Made by a program: the position numbers and the translations under genes. A stretch of 64,000 nt of DNA from the NCBI GenBank assembly GCA_010093815.1, contig ML996578.1. The stretch is one strand, 5' to 3'. Below are positions 38,716 to 53,114 of this stretch, in pieces (the first letter of the stretch is position 1; the number at the start of each line of letters is the position of its first letter). This DNA comes from Pseudovirgaria hyperparasitica. Lineage: Eukaryota. The notes beneath the pieces were generated by a model. That model was given only the letters and a program-made list of their open reading frames with translations. It had not been told where the DNA came from and did not search any database.

Positions 38716-39901
38716 CTAGTGTTTCGCAGTAACGGTCTCTCCAGTGAGCTTCTCGACAGCTTCCTTGGCACTATCACATTGTTAGTAATTGCACTTTAGA
38801 AAGTCTCTCTTCAGTAACTCACATGTCACCCAAAGCGACCATACAAACTGTCTGCCAAACGCCAAGAGCGATTCTAGGAGTGACGCCGCGGTATAAGCCC
38901 TTGATACCGTTTTGTTGATAGATGTACTTGAAGGCAGATCCCACACCCAGCTTCTTGGGACGGTTCGGATCGTCCTTCTTACTCTGCATCTCTACGCGGA
39001 CGACCTCAATGGGCTGATTCCAGGCACTAAGACCTCCACCAAGAGCACTGGCGATGATCTTCTCGGGAGTACTGAGCTTCACGCCGTCTTCCTTGCCGCC
39101 AACTTTCCGGATGCCGTCCTCTGCGATACGCGATAGACCAAATCGAGAACCCCAGTTAGTGACCTGGCGCACAGCGACAGCGTTGACACCTTTGTTGATG
39201 CCGCGGATACCCTCTGCGCGGTAGATGCCCATAAAAGTCTCAAGCGTACCTGGAGGCTTCTTTCCGGCAGCAGCGACCTTATGCTTGGTGATTTCGACGG
39301 TCTTCATACAGGTACAGAATCCCATCGTTGCGTAAGCTTGCGCCAAACCACCAATCATACCACCGCTGATACCAGCGCCAAAGTTGTTCGCACCGAATGA
39401 CTTTGCGTAGTATTCGGCTTCGGAAGCGACAAAGATGAGGACAGCACCCTTAGTAGAGGCTTCGATCCAGGCCCAGGGGATGAGACCTTGATAGACTAGA
39501 GGAGGCACAATTGTCAGATACGATGTTCCTACATTGATCTGGTGTTTCCGTCTACTCACATCCCAGAACGCCGCCGCGGCCCCATATCCTGCCAATAGCT
39601 CCAGCGAAGCCATCACCTCTGTTGGCAGCCATTGTGGTCTTTGTCACCTCCAAGGGCTATAGGTTCACCATCAGCTTTGTTTGTCTTCTGTTGGTCGGTG
39701 ATCGTTACCTGACCCAGCGTCGTGACCTCGAACATGTTCAGACCAGCTCCAACTGCAGCACGTTGGGTCAGCTCCGAGCCATCTCATCAGATAGTTATAG
39801 AATCACTTACGCAGCAGATTACTGAACTTGATTGGCTTCTTCTCCAATGGTTGAGCTGGCGGTGCGGTGACACCGCCAATTGTCGCTGGAGGACCAGACA
39901 T
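38716..39901 (-). CDS. YHM2: Mitochondrial citrate/2-oxoglutarate carrier Yhm2 (multi-exon)
   Basis: KKPIKFSNLL/LGAGLNMFEVTTLG/QPLEV, YQGLIPWAWIEASTKGAVL, RQVTNWGSRFG and WNQPIEVVRVEMQ. Confidence 0.93.
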
Positions 39902-40703
39902 CTCAGGAAGTTATTGGAGGAGTAAGGGGCCCTGACCAAGGGAGTCGGTTGCTTCTTCGCAGGGAGGACGAGGTTATGGATCGAAAATGCTCCGCAAGGT
40001 GCGCGGTAATAGATTTATATGGAAAGGGGAGACAAATGTCCGTGCAAGAGTGGAGTTGTCGTGCAATGAAAGCGTTGAGAGTAGAGCTGCGGTCTTGTCC
40101 GTGTGAGCGGCGTCTATACCCGAACCGGCCTCCGACAAAGAGCTTGGTTCGCGACAATTAAGTCTCGCCTGGCCCCCGTCTGATACGACCAACTAGCCCG
40201 ATATCGGACTGTGTCTATGAAAGTGCAGAGTATCTTGTAAATGTTGTAATGTCTCAGGATACTACTATTTCAAGGGGTAGAGTCGGAAAATATAGCTACT
40301 CGAGGCCATTGTATCTTCTACACGTGACGCATAAACGCTACTCGGTGTTTGTTGAGGCTCCCGGACCAGGAAAGCGAGCAGCTCGGCTCCGCTAACAAGG
40401 CACTAAAAGGTGCAGACGTAAGGTGGTGAACTTGGCCCTCAGACTGGGCATGGATCAACTTGTATAATAGCAGTATCCATTCTAGCTGTAAATTGATCTT
40501 CCATACACCGCCATCGTCCAAACCTCACGCCGCATGCCAAAATTTCATTTCTCGTTCGCACACAACCCCTTAAAATGCAGAGATCCGAAGCCTGGTTCAA
40601 GTGCGTATTGTAGAGCAAAAATGCAGTCTGTAGACATCAGTATCGATTTTCTTTTGGTCAAACCGTGTAGAATTGCTTTACTCACAGTTGGCCAGTTTTT
40701 CGA

Positions 40704-41204
40704 TCAAGTGCTTACTCCAGAGTCAACACGTACCATCTCGCTGCCCTTTTTCACCTCGCTATCGGTATGAAGCCCTGTCAACCAAACACGCAACTTGCTG
40801 ATGCGCTTCTGCTTACGGAGGTCCTTCCTGACTGGCTCCCACGACTGTAGATGCGTCCATCTATACGTCGCTCGAGCCTGGAAATGATGCTTCTGCCAAT
40901 AGCCCAGTGCTTCATCGAATTCTGGTTCCTCCCAAACTATCTGTAGTATTTCGGGCTTGTAACATATGACCTTCATATTGATTTCAAGAGTCCACAAGTT
41001 GACCAGGTGATCTCCTTGATAACCTTCTCCTTTGAGCGAAATGAATATCTTATGAGCCTCTTCGAATAGTTCTCGGACTCTGGAATAGCTCAAATGATGG
41101 CCTTTCATTGAGGCTGCCTGCTCCTTCTTGCATATAATACCGGGCAGTCGGTCCTTAATGTCCTCCCAGGTGAGATCGCGGTGGTGATCCGAAGTGGAAG
41201 CCAT
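40704..41204 (-). CDS. Hypothetical orphan protein (166 aa)
   Basis: ATG-initiated ORF with plausible composition and no recognisable motif. Confidence 0.4.
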   Translation of the reverse strand: MASTSDHHRDLTWEDIKDRLPGIICKKEQAASMKGHHLSYSRVRELFEEAHKIFISLKGEGYQGDHLVNLWTLEINMKVICYKPEILQIVWEEPEFDEALGYWQKHHFQARATYRWTHLQSWEPVRKDLRKQKRISKLRVWLTGLHTDSEVKKGSEMVRVDSGVST

Positions 41205-43687
41205 TATGGGTTGTGATTGTATTTGTTATTTATTTTATTCGACAGATAAAAAAAAGTGGAAGTTGAAAATTTGGCGTCGTATTGAAATGCGCTCGATTCT
41301 TTTATTCTGCAGAGTATACCACAGGAGATAAATTTATTTCTGACCTCTTTTTGCCAGTGTCTAACTATGGTTATCTAGGCTCACGAGAACTCTGGTTCAG
41401 TGATCGTTCTAAGTTCACACTCAATTCTGACTCCATATTCCGTCCTCATCCTCTCTAGCTCAAGGTACATGCCATGGATCCATTCAACATCTAGGTCTAG
41501 TGGACCAATATTCTCGATATTCTCGAGGTCTTTCCACCACCGACGCCTATCATCAATTGACTCGGATTCCTTTGGCTATGTGCTATGAAGGACAGAATCG
41601 CAATAGATGGGATTTTTTAACGTACTCAAAGTCTTTGCTCCGTAGTTCGATATGCTGGAATTCTTCGATGCCGCATTTCGGGGTGCTCTTCTCTTCACGT
41701 GGCCTCATAGACCGTTGATACTTGCGCGGAAGCTGTGAGGTTGTCTGAAGTTCGGGATCGAGGTCGTAGGATCCATTGTATAGCTACATGAAACAGGTGT
41801 TTTCTACTAACCACTAGAGTCTGGCATGTCGGTAATATCTAATTGTGCATCTATGGTTGGCTCTAAGCTGTCATGGATTCAACCACGCTGGGCTGATCCT
41901 ACCACATCGATATATGTTTAAAAAAAGTTGGCCAAATTTCGACAGCCAACCTTAAGAAGTGTGCATTTTCTGTTCTTGTGATTGACAAGGACCACAGTCT
42001 ACTTAATGACCAAGACTAGGGTTACAATTTGCAATCACGTAGTCCTGGGCTACTCGTACATTTTGGCCATGAGAAGTGATACGGCGCTACATCCTTATTG
42101 TATTAAGCTCAACTGAGAATAACCTATCAACTCCTGGACGTATGACCTATGGACAAGAACGATATCCTGAGGGCCTATAGTTCTTTTCAATTTCCAGGCA
42201 AGCTACCGTTATCAGCTCACTGTAGTCTTTGCGTACCAAGGTTACGATATGCCTAGCGGCCCAATGTCACACATCTATAAGAAGTGTTGAGCGACACATG
42301 GAGACCACATATGTGACTGCCTTATTCGTACATGAATTATTTCCTTTAAAGTTGAACTCTCTCATATGCTCATCCGAATATCATACGAGAAGACTCTAAG
42401 ACTCTTAACCCATCAAGAGCTCACTTCCATTTAATAACATCTAACGATAGAACGAAATGTTAGTCCTTTACTACTTCGCGACTTGATTTCTGTGCTCTCA
42501 GTAACACGTTTAGAAGCCACTGTTCTCTCGGCCACGCATATTTCTTATATCCGTATCGATCATCTTGTTTGCTTCCGCGGCTCAGAGTTTCAACTGTCAG
42601 GCTTCTATCTCACCCTTTATCTACCCCTTCATACTTGGCATTCGAGATACTCACCAGATATGATAACCTCGAACATAGCACCTACCTAATCAGGACGAAA
42701 TCGAACAACTCAGTATCAGAAACTAGACCGGCACAAGACCAGCCGAAGATTACACGCGGTTCAGTGGGGAAAGAAAACAGAAGTTGAATCTCTAACACCG
42801 AGTACCTCGTCGCTCATAGCGAGGAGGACAACGTTGTTGCCAAAGCGAGGACTGACGATGTTTCTGATAGCATCCTAGACATCTGCGAGACGAAGTAAGT
42901 AAGTGACGAGAATATGATCAAGAATCATGGGACAAAGAATAAATTGGCAGTCGTTGAGGAGTTGTTGACCAGCTTGATTGTTGACGAGAAGAGCGTAGGC
43001 ACTGCAGAGGATACTGCAATAGATCAATATATCTTGGCAGACTGTTTACCATGGTGGTCAACAGGGATCATGGGTGGCCAATGTTAGCGAACACGGTTTC
43101 TGAGGGCCAGAGGACCTAGTTCTGATATAGCCAACTGTCCACAGTACTCCGAGGGCGTTGAATATGTACTATGTGGATGGATATTCATTACTGCCAATCT
43201 CATGCAACAATGCAACAGATGTAAAAGAAATCTGACCATTTTAATTGGCTAGCCTTGAGAGCCGAACGCGGCGATTAGCGCCACTGACTTGCATGGCGGG
43301 GGAGCGGCGGAGGCCGACTATGGCGTGGGGCATCCGTAAATTTGCTTCACTTGCGCGAGGTGGCCTATTTCTGGCCGTTTGTTTTTTCACCTGGCGATTC
43401 CAGGATCCTCTCATTTGGGATTCGTGCCCAGGACGATTTGTATTGGATTTTCCCTTCGTAGGTGATTGGCATCAAGGTGCGTCCTTACGGCGTGTATCAA
43501 CGGGCTGTACCGCTAAATTTGGGTATTGACGTCTGCGACAGCTTCGGATTGAGTCAATACGAGATTCTTAATTGGCGCAACTCCCCATCCTTGGTTGTCA
43601 TCACTCAACCTTCGCGCACACGTTGTCGCCTTATATACGACATCATTGATACTGTGATTCTTGCGACCAAGAAGGGACTCACAAATT

Positions 43688-45347
43688 ATGTCGTCGACAA
43701 TAGACCCAAGTAAAAGAGTGGTGACGGTTGTTCTCGGCGCCCAGTGGGGCGACGAAGGCAAAGGCAAGCTTGCCGACATCTTGTGCTCAAAAGCTTCAGT
43801 ATGCTGCCGAGCTGCTGGTGGTAATAATGCAGGACACACTATTGTTGCCAACGGAGTCACGTATGACTTCCACATATTGCCTTCTGGCTTGGTGAATCCG
43901 GGCTGTATCAACCTGATCGGGAGGTACGTATGCGTTAGCAGCAACAACAACTGAAACCTCTGATATATTCTGACCGGAACTAGTGGTACTGTCGTTCACA
44001 TCCCTTCGTTCTTCAAGTATGGCCCTCAAGCGTCCCACATCCTAACACACGATATTGATTTTTGGATAGCGAGCTCGAAGCCCTCCGTAAGAACAACCTG
44101 GATACTAAGGACAGGATATATATCAGCGATCGTGCGCATGTGGTGCTGGATCTGCACCAAAAGGTCGATGGATTGGAAGAGGCAGAGCTGGGTAAGGGTT
44201 TGATCGGAACCACCAAGAAGGGCATTGGCCCAACATACAGTTCGAAAGCAACAAGAGGTGGCATCCGTATCTGCGACATATTTCACATAGACGTCGAAGA
44301 TAAGATACGACGCCTCGCGGACGGATACAAGAAACGTTTCGGTGAGCTGCTTCAGTACGATGTAGAAGAGGAGATTGCGCGCTTCAGAACCTACCGGGAA
44401 AGTTTACAGGAATTCGTGATTGATCAGATTCCATTCTTGAAGTCTGTCAAGGATCAGAAAGCTAGCATCCTTGTGGAGGGTGCTAATGCCGTGATGCTTG
44501 ATATTGTGAGCAGCTCCCAACTCGGCTTATGGGTGACAGCGCTAAGTGAAAACTAGGATTACGGAACTTACCCCTATGTGACATCAAGCAGTAAGTCTTA
44601 GTATGCCCGGAGAGCGTCCCATATTGACATGAACAGACACTGGCATCGGTGGAGTTATCACAGGCCTCACTCTGGGGTGGAATTCCATTAAAGACGTTAT
44701 CGGTGTTGTTAAAGCCTACACTACTCGCGTTGTCAGTGTCTCTTCCAACCAAGGCTCGTTTAATCTATGCTGATAGGATGAATAGGGTAGCGGACCGTTC
44801 CCAACAGAGCAACTCAACGAAGTTGGAGAGGCAATGCAGAACGTCGGGCGCGAATTCGGTGTTACGACAGGAAGAAAGCGTCGTTGTGGTTGGTAAGTTG
44901 CTACCATACCATTTCTCTACCAATTTTCAAATGCTTATCATGTACTAGGCTCGATCTCGTGTTGGTGAGATACTCTCATGAAGTCAACCAATACACATCA
45001 TTGAACATTACAAAGCTTGACGTAGGTACTCTGACCGACAAATCTGAAACTTCCCATTGACGTATTATCAGATATTGGACGATTTCAGTGAATTGAAGAT
45101 AGCTGTCGGCTACAAGCATAACGGTCAGCCATTGGAGTCGTTCCCAGCAGATCTCCATACGCTCGCTGAAGTTGAGGTTGAGTATAAGACGCTTCCAGGC
45201 TGGAAGACCTCTACCGTCGGCGTCAAGTCCTACGCAGAACTACCAGAAAATGCGAGAAACTACATCGAATTCATCGAAAAAGAGGTCGATGTACCGATCA
45301 CGTACATAGGAACTGGTCCAGGCAGGGAGAGCATGCTAACGCGGTGA
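43688..45347 (+). CDS. ADE12: Adenylosuccinate synthetase (many short introns)
   Basis: [60 protein letters not shown] and YIGTGPGRE. Confidence 0.96.
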
Positions 45348-46531
45348 GCGGCATGACACGCTGGTCGCATTCTGATATGGTCCGCAGGTGGAACCCCACG
45401 TAGAAGTGCTGGAGAAAGAAGTTCTATAGAAAGCAATGTACAAAGCCATTCTTAGCAAGGAGTCGCCGACCAAGTCTTTTGTTCAGCAAGTCACTGACAG
45501 TTTGATAGCAGGAAGCTCGGTCGCAGGCAAGAGTCCAAATGAAATATTCATAATCCATGAGCAACTCGGGAGTCCTATACAAAAACTTATCAATTGTAAA
45601 CGTCGTCAAGATCAGCACCTCGCCAAGCCTGACACATCGCACGTGTCTCGTTCCGACTGGGCAATAGTAATACTCGAACTCACAACTCGGTTGCTTGCCA
45701 TCAGCAGCGAATAATGACATCATATACTAAAAGCACCTATCGAGGAGCCGCAAGTTCACAAACACCTCCGCTTGATTCTCTAGGAGGCCACATCAGCGAA
45801 CCACAGAACGCAGGGTACAACTCGGCCCCTTCCAGCGCCACTCCGGCGTCATTCTTCCAACCTTCCCCAGAAGTCCCTGTCAAGGCCGTAATCATCGGCA
45901 TTTCACTTCTGTGCGCACGCAGTGAATTGCCAGATAGATATCGACAGGTCAACTGCTGCGCTGGCCTTTACCCACTGATAAGATGCAGGGCAGGTGCCAA
46001 GACCTGTATCCCGACAAGATACAAGCCCGTTGGATCCTGTCGGAGCTTACAGCGACGAACTGCAGTTCACTGGTTATGGCAAGAGACTTGCCGAGAGCCT
46101 GGGCGGAGACAGAAAAAGAAAAGAAGGCTGCGTTATTTTCGAGGCGCAAGGTTCTCAAGGAGGTGTGAGATGTTGCTAAGTGCTAAGTGTGACCTGTGAC
46201 ATCCTGATCTATATTCAGAAGGTAATACGCCTGCATGTTCTGGTCAGTCCGCATTGGAGACTTGGTGAAGTGGCATGTAAAACAGGCTTGATCATCAGTG
46301 CGAGCGCTGCTGCTGATCATGAAGTAACACCGTAATGATGCGTAGAGGAAGGTATCTAGCGGTGCCGGTCCTAGCAGCCATAAGCCGCACAGCACAACAA
46401 CAACAACATACCACATGCTTCGCGGGACAAAGAAAAACTCTCCGTGTCCCAGCGCACACAATTCGTATTTCGCACGCCTCGCGCCAAGCCCCTCTAGCCC
46501 AGGTCTTTCTCCACCGTGTCATCGTCCAGCC

Positions 46532-46986
46532 ATGGATGAACCGCGGCCATTCTGGCATCTTGTGCTGCGCGAGACGAGGAGACACCCGGAGCTACAGAGA
46601 CTATTGGAGGTTGCAGTGATGGGATGTGTGCCAGACACATCACTCGATATCACGCAACGATCTTGGCACCGCTAGCCAGCTAGCAGAAGACTTTACCTCC
46701 ATCAATTACACGGACCGTGATGCTGGCTACACACAGGCCAGACAACCTCTCACCCTCCAACCCCGGGCAGGAGAATGCAGGAGATTGCCTCGCCAAGACA
46801 TGCGCCCAGGCCCCCCCTGTCCACGCCGGGGCAGCCCGGGAGAGAGAAGAAAGAGCCATCGCCAAGTCCCGCTCTTGGCGCAATCACACGCCAAACTATT
46901 CGCGGCCCGCGCCGCCGAGACTGGCATTCTGGTATATGAATAGCTCTGATTGGACGTGCATCGGACACGGCCCACATTTGATGTGA
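46532..46986 (+). CDS. Possible small hypothetical protein (splicing unresolved)
   Basis: Two protein-like ORF segments (MDEPRPFWHLVLRE..; ..RLAFWYMNSSDWTCIGHGPHLM*) and the C-rich to G-rich composition shift seen in neighbouring genes. Confidence 0.3.
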
Positions 46987-47699
46987 GACTGTGCCAAGGT
47001 GGTAGTGGGCTTGGAATGCTTGGTGAGGGATGGGATACGGACGTATGAAGGAGAAACTTGGCGGTGCGATGTGAGCGGGATGGGACAGGTATGGGTTTTG
47101 CATGTGCAGAGTAGACCAGTATTAGTTACAGTTTGAACATGGCACAATTTGGTTTGAAAATTGATTTGCTTGCTTTGCTTGCTAAGTGATAAAAAAACGC
47201 TAGTAGATGATTGAGTTCTATCAGATGCGAGTGTGGGTGTCATCCCCCACCTATGCTAAATCGCTGTGGAATCCTTTTGGTGATCGTCCTCGACCATCCT
47301 TTCTCCCATTACAAACGAAAAGGGCGATCATGACACATTGTGTGAAGTGTATGAATGAGTATGTGGTAGTCACCTAAGAGCCCATACGCGGGTCTCCATG
47401 CCTTCCCCTCCTCTCCCTGCTGGCCTTCAGCTCGAGCAGGTTACGATAGAAATCTTATCTATCATACGATGACTCCATGATCGACAATAGCGCCACAAAC
47501 GCTTGTTGTACGACCCACGCCCAGCCTCTCGTCCTCTACAGGCTTCCGGCTTGCTTCCGCCAGGCGCTTCGTTACCGGACGGGCTTGGCCGTGCTTGCTT
47601 TGTGTATGTGATGCGTGCAGCGAGCCTTGAATTGCTTTGTGCTTCGTAGAATGGCTCTGTGTGACATTTTACAGAGCAGTTGACGGAGAATGGATCCAT

Positions 47700-48083
47700 T
47701 CATCGGGCGACTTTACCGGTGGCGCGATAGAACCAGCCTGTGAGCTTGACGAGCTTACAATTGTCGCCCTTCTTGCGGCTGCGAGCGGTGAGTTTGTCGT
47801 GGTCGACGATGACAGAGCCAAAGGAGTGTTGGGTGTTGTAGCGTGAGAGTTCGTCCTCCTCGTCGTCCACTTCGGACTCGTAAGTGTAGTCCATGTAGCG
47901 CAGAGCCTCTAGGGTCGGTTGAGATCTGAGACTGGGACTGGTGAATGTGTCTTTGGCGAGAGAGCGTTTGCATTTACCCGGACAGCGGAGGGTGTTGCAT
48001 GCGGATGGATGGAGGTAATGCGAACGTGTCGAGGATACAGTGGACGCAGCAGAACTCGTTGTAGATAGACTGCGAGACGACAT
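47700..48083 (-). CDS. Small hypothetical protein (127 aa)
   Basis: ATG in good context after a pyrimidine-rich leader, biased codon usage, Ser-rich N-terminus and an acidic patch. Confidence 0.5.
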   Translation of the reverse strand: MSSRSLSTTSSAASTVSSTRSHYLHPSACNTLRCPGKCKRSLAKDTFTSPSLRSQPTLEALRYMDYTYESEVDDEEDELSRYNTQHSFGSVIVDHDKLTARSRKKGDNCKLVKLTGWFYRATGKVAR

Positions 48084-50161
48084 TGTGACGTTGAACGGCT
48101 TAGGTTCAAATGTGTGTAGTAATATATGTGAGAAGTGGACCTTCGTATAGGGCGACGAACCGATGTAATGCGTGAGAGGTGGAAGATGTGGTTTGTGAGA
48201 AGCAGTGTATGACTTTTGTACAGATACAAATAGAACAAAAGTGGTATTACAAGCAAGTAATGTTTGAAGGAGTATGGTAGAAGAAGCGTGAGTTGATAGT
48301 TTATATCAAGAAAGGACTCGAGATGGAGGGAGGATTCCGGCAGTTATATGCCAGAACAAACAGCAAGCAACCACCCTGTTCACAAAGTGTGCGTGCACAA
48401 GATCAGCGTAGGGAGATATTCTGGAAAGATGGCGCGGAACTCAAAGTGAATGCCAAGAGACTCCGACGTACACCCACCACCCTCCTTTTGCCTCACCAGA
48501 AGAGCCCGACTCCTGACGCCCTGAGACGGAGAGGGTCTAATGCTGTGGGCATCTGTTGGCTCTCCATGGGCTCCTAATTCTTAGACGTCTCTCCAAAGTG
48601 GTAGGAACAGCAGGATCGCCGGTTGCATGGTCCGCTTGACTTGCATAATGGCAGTCAGAAGGTGATGTCGGCATGCGACTTCGAGTAGCTGCAAGTTGGT
48701 CAATCTGCAGCATCACCGTCCTATGCGCGGAGCTTTCTTTTGCCAAGCCCCAGCATGCTCAGCGCTGCAGCGCTTGGATTTGCAACTACTCCATAATTGA
48801 GGGACATAAATGTATGACTGCACAGCCTGCGTAACCTGTTTCAGATGAAACTTGCTTTTGCCATGTCTTTGCGTCCTGTTTGGGCCCTCTTTGAAAGACT
48901 TAAAATCTTGGCCTGGTACGAATGCCCATCACTGAGCGCTTCTCTAAAGAAAATGTCCTCAACAACGGCATCACGGTCGACATGACACCAAGTGCTGCAC
49001 ATGCGATTGACTTGCAGCGTGCGATATCGAAATCCCGCCTCGGATCCTGGAGCGACCGGCGCGGCGTGATGGGAATCTTCGAGTACTCAGGTATTAGCGT
49101 GCAAACCAGTAACGCCCGTGCCTAAAACCCCGAACACAGCCAAGAACCATTCTTTCCTTTCAAGCTCGAATCAGACTCGTTCGAATTCTGGGCAGCTCTT
49201 GGCTGTCCATAAGGGGACTTTTGATCAGTTACGTTGTCGTCGAGGTGAAACGTGCGTTCTCGCAGTCTTTGCCTTCGACACAGCCTCGGAAAAGTGTCGC
49301 GTCACCGCTACCGTCAGCTTGTGCTGTGCAAAGCTGGGGGGTGGTTGGACGAAGCCGACGTGTACGAATAGGTCAAATGTTCAAGTAGAGCGCGAAAGTG
49401 TCCTCTCCTCTGCAGCGCAGCGGTTGCGCGTGTCAGATTCGAACAGGTTGATGCGATGCAAGAGTTCAGGTAGTTATCTCCTCGCCGGCACATAACATAA
49501 CCAGCCCTTCCTTGCCCCCCAAAACCTTGCACTTCGTCCGCTTGAAGTGCCAAGCTCCAAGTGTTGCAGCTCTCTGCACTTTTATCGAGCATACCTTATT
49601 GGAATGGATGCATGTCGCGATATGCACCCATGGGTGAGAAAGACTTTTCATCGACCTTGAACCAGTCAAGAAGGCTTTCTTGCTGGAAGTGTTCTATTGC
49701 AGACTGTGTTATAAGCTATTGAGTGGTGTCTGCGTTGTTCTGTCTTGTTTGGTGGCAAGTAGATTGTGTGACTGGCATGCCTGATAGAGTAAATGGGCGT
49801 TGTGGATAATTAGTCAGGCACTTGTTTGCTACGACTGCGTTTTTCTCTCCGGACCAAGAACCTCATTGCGTTTAAAGTATACGAGTCACCGCATCAACAG
49901 CGTTAGGTAGCGGTACAGACATAATATTGAGATGAGAAGCTGCTTGAAATAGGGTGATGATACACTTAACGCTAGTCGGGAATACATATTGACGAAGAGA
50001 ACCAAAAAGCACAAAGCGATCTTACACCACCCTACAACCATCGTTCTATCCCTGGTATAAAACGAAACAGATTCTTGAAAGCGCGCTCTTCAGTCTATCA
50101 TACTTCCCCAATCGCTGTCTAAATGCATCTCCCTAATTGGTCTTCGCGCCGTTATATCTAA

Positions 50162-51856
50162 TTATAGCTTCGCGCCGACAAGCTTGGCCCATGCCTCAGT
50201 GGAGAAAGACTTGGGACGTTCGATTGGCGCACCGACGGCACGGTCAATGATTAGTTGAGGGAGGACACCAAGAGCGCGAGAGACACCGAAGAGTACAGTG
50301 TAAAAGTTCTGCTCGGTCAGGCCATAGTACTGGAGGAGAACACCAGAGTGGGCATCTACGTTAGGGTAAGGATTCTTGGTCTTCCCGTGCTCAGTAAGAA
50401 CACCTGGAGCAATCTTGTAGACCTGGCTGACCAACTTGAACATTGGGTCGTCAGGCAAGTGCTTCTGCGCAAACTCGCGCTGTGAGACGTAACGTGGGTC
50501 GGTCTTGCGGAGAACAGCGTGTCCATAACCTGGCACAACACGGCCTTGCTTGAGCGTAGACCACAGGTAATCCTTGATAGACTGGTCGCTCAAGTCGTTG
50601 CCGACGGCCTTCTTCATCTCCGTAAGCCAGTTGAGAACTTCCTGGTTGGCAAGACCGTGGAGGGGTCCAGCAAGACCATTCAGACCGGCAGCCAAGGAAA
50701 GCATTGGCGAGCTCAGAGCACTTCCGACCAAGTGAGTTGTGTGTGCGCTGACATTGCCACCTTCATGATCAGAGTGGATAGTGAGGTAGAGTCTCATCAG
50801 CTCAACAAAGTCTTTGTTCTCAGCGAATCCAAGCTGGTTTGCCAGATTGTAGCCGTAATCCTTGTCCTTTTCAATAGCTGCAACCTTGCCATCCTTGTAC
50901 ACATTACGATAGATCTTGGCTGCAATGGTGGGTAACTTCGCAATCAGATCCATGGAGTCCTCAAAAGTGTGCTCCCAGTATTCGGACTTCTTGATGCCCT
51001 TAGCGTATGCCTTGGCGAAAGCAGATTCGTGTTCGAGCGCCGTTACGGCGAGCGAGAACTGAGCCATTGGGTGGAGGTCACTCGGGCAGCGGTCGAGTAG
51101 TTCTTCGATAAACTTTGGTACGTCCGAGCGAGCGGCCCATTCAGCAGACAAATCGCGTACTTGCTGTTCTGATGGGACCTCACCAGTCAGGAGAAGCCAG
51201 AAAAGACCTACACAACTTAGTATCTTGCTGCTACCAATTATGCACTCTCAAGACAACTTACCTTCTGGCAAAGGCTCCTGGCCGCCAGGGGCCTTCGGTA
51301 ACAGTTCCTGGCATTCTGGAATCTGAGATAATCAGCGACTGAAACTAGGCCTAGAATTGAATGCCGATGGGCTTACAGTCTTGCCGCGAAAGCGGATACC
51401 CTCCTCGGAATCGAGTACAGAACCCTGTTATCTGATTGAGCAAAGCTTCGTCATCTAGCGACACTCTTTTGCTCACCTCCCATACGAGCGACTTGATACC
51501 GCGAGCACCTCCGTACACTTGGTCAAGAGTGACTTCACCGATGACTTTGCTGCCGTAATTCCTTTTGTCTCTGTTAGAATATTCGTCGCATAACGGGTAG
51601 CTTGCGGCAGTCCTACTTCTTGAGCGATTTGATCTTTTCAATTTCTTCGGGGACCTTCGCGGCGAATGTCTCCTTGAGCGACTGAATACAAGCGTTAGCG
51701 AGTTGTTTGCTTGCTTGATTGCGACGGAGTACTTACGGCGGTTTTCGCAGAGTATGAACGGGCACCGTTGAATGCCGCGGTGCGCCACGGAGCAGCAGCC
51801 GAAGCAGATACCGAGCTGCGGAGCGCACTAGAACTCAATCTAAGTGAAGAAGCCAT
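50162..51856 (-). CDS. CIT1: Citrate synthase, mitochondrial (multi-exon)
   Basis: Presequence [14 protein letters not shown].., [36 protein letters not shown] and PNVDAHSG. Confidence 0.97.
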
Positions 51857-53114
51857 TTCAAAGACAAAGACAAGACGATGACTGGACGAATGTAAATGAA
51901 TCGGATGGACGTCGTTGACGGAGGGGTGAAGAAAAAGTTTATGTTGTGAGAGAGCTACGGGAAAGCGGCTTAAGCTCATTGGCATGGATGGGGCCGACAA
52001 ACTCGGGCGTCGGGGCAGCATGGGCCAACGTGTGCCATGACCGAATTGTTGAATGATTGAGGTCCACGCGTGCTCCGTCTACAACTCGGGTTCGCCATCC
52101 TACAGAAACAATGAAGATACTATATATGGCTCTATATATGGCTTGCCGCTTGCAACAATCCAGAACGACAGTGTATTCGTGTCAGCGCGCATCGAGACAT
52201 ACGAAGTGCGATTCATAATTCACAGCTGTTGCTCCCCAACCATCAAATCGACCATCTACCAAAAGGCTGTCAACAAGGCTTGCAGCCCTAGCACTGACTG
52301 ACATCTTAATATAAGAGGGTACTCGGAGACGGTGACGCTGACTTGCAGCACCACGAGGCTGATAATTCATCGAATCATAATATCAAGCTCTGATCCAGTT
52401 ATTTCAATGAATCAATCTGCTGGGGCGCGCTAAAAGTTTAGCAAATATCTTTCTCCAAGATTATTACGGTAATTATTGCTGACTGGCCCGTCACAAGCAC
52501 CCGCTGCGTCGTCCCAACCTCCTTGCTCTCCACTCCTGTCCTGTCCAGGTTGTCCGCTGTTCCTTCTTGCTGCTCACAAGGTGCTCGCACGCGCAAGAAT
52601 CTTCCCCTTTACCTGAACCTTCACATCTTAACAATATCTCACACTTGCCCTTGCTATTTCGGTATATATTTACTTCGCGACTCGCCGCTTTGTAACCTGT
52701 CGTTGTCGCCACCTTTCGTTTCTCGGAGTGCTATTTGACCTCGACTTGCAATCTACTTTCTCGCGCGCACAATTCTCTTTACAGCTCTTCTACTCCCAGA
52801 ACCCGTAGTACCTTTGCGCACTCAGTATCATTGCATCTTGGAAGATCCTAGGTGCTCATACTTTACATTTGCGCCACCTACAGAGTCTTCAGATCTTGCA
52901 GATCGTCCAGCTCTGTGATATCCCGTCAATACTGCACCTGCTGTCGTACATCGTATCGTTGAACTAGACCTCTTCAGAGGAGTAGCTGAGCTATCAGGTA
53001 TTGCAGAAGTGCCTTCGACAACCACGTCATCCACTTCTCTTTTTCTGTTATATCTGGTACATACTGAAAGGCAAGACCATCGCAGCGTACTTCGCGCAGT
53101 AGAAACTAGCAGCC

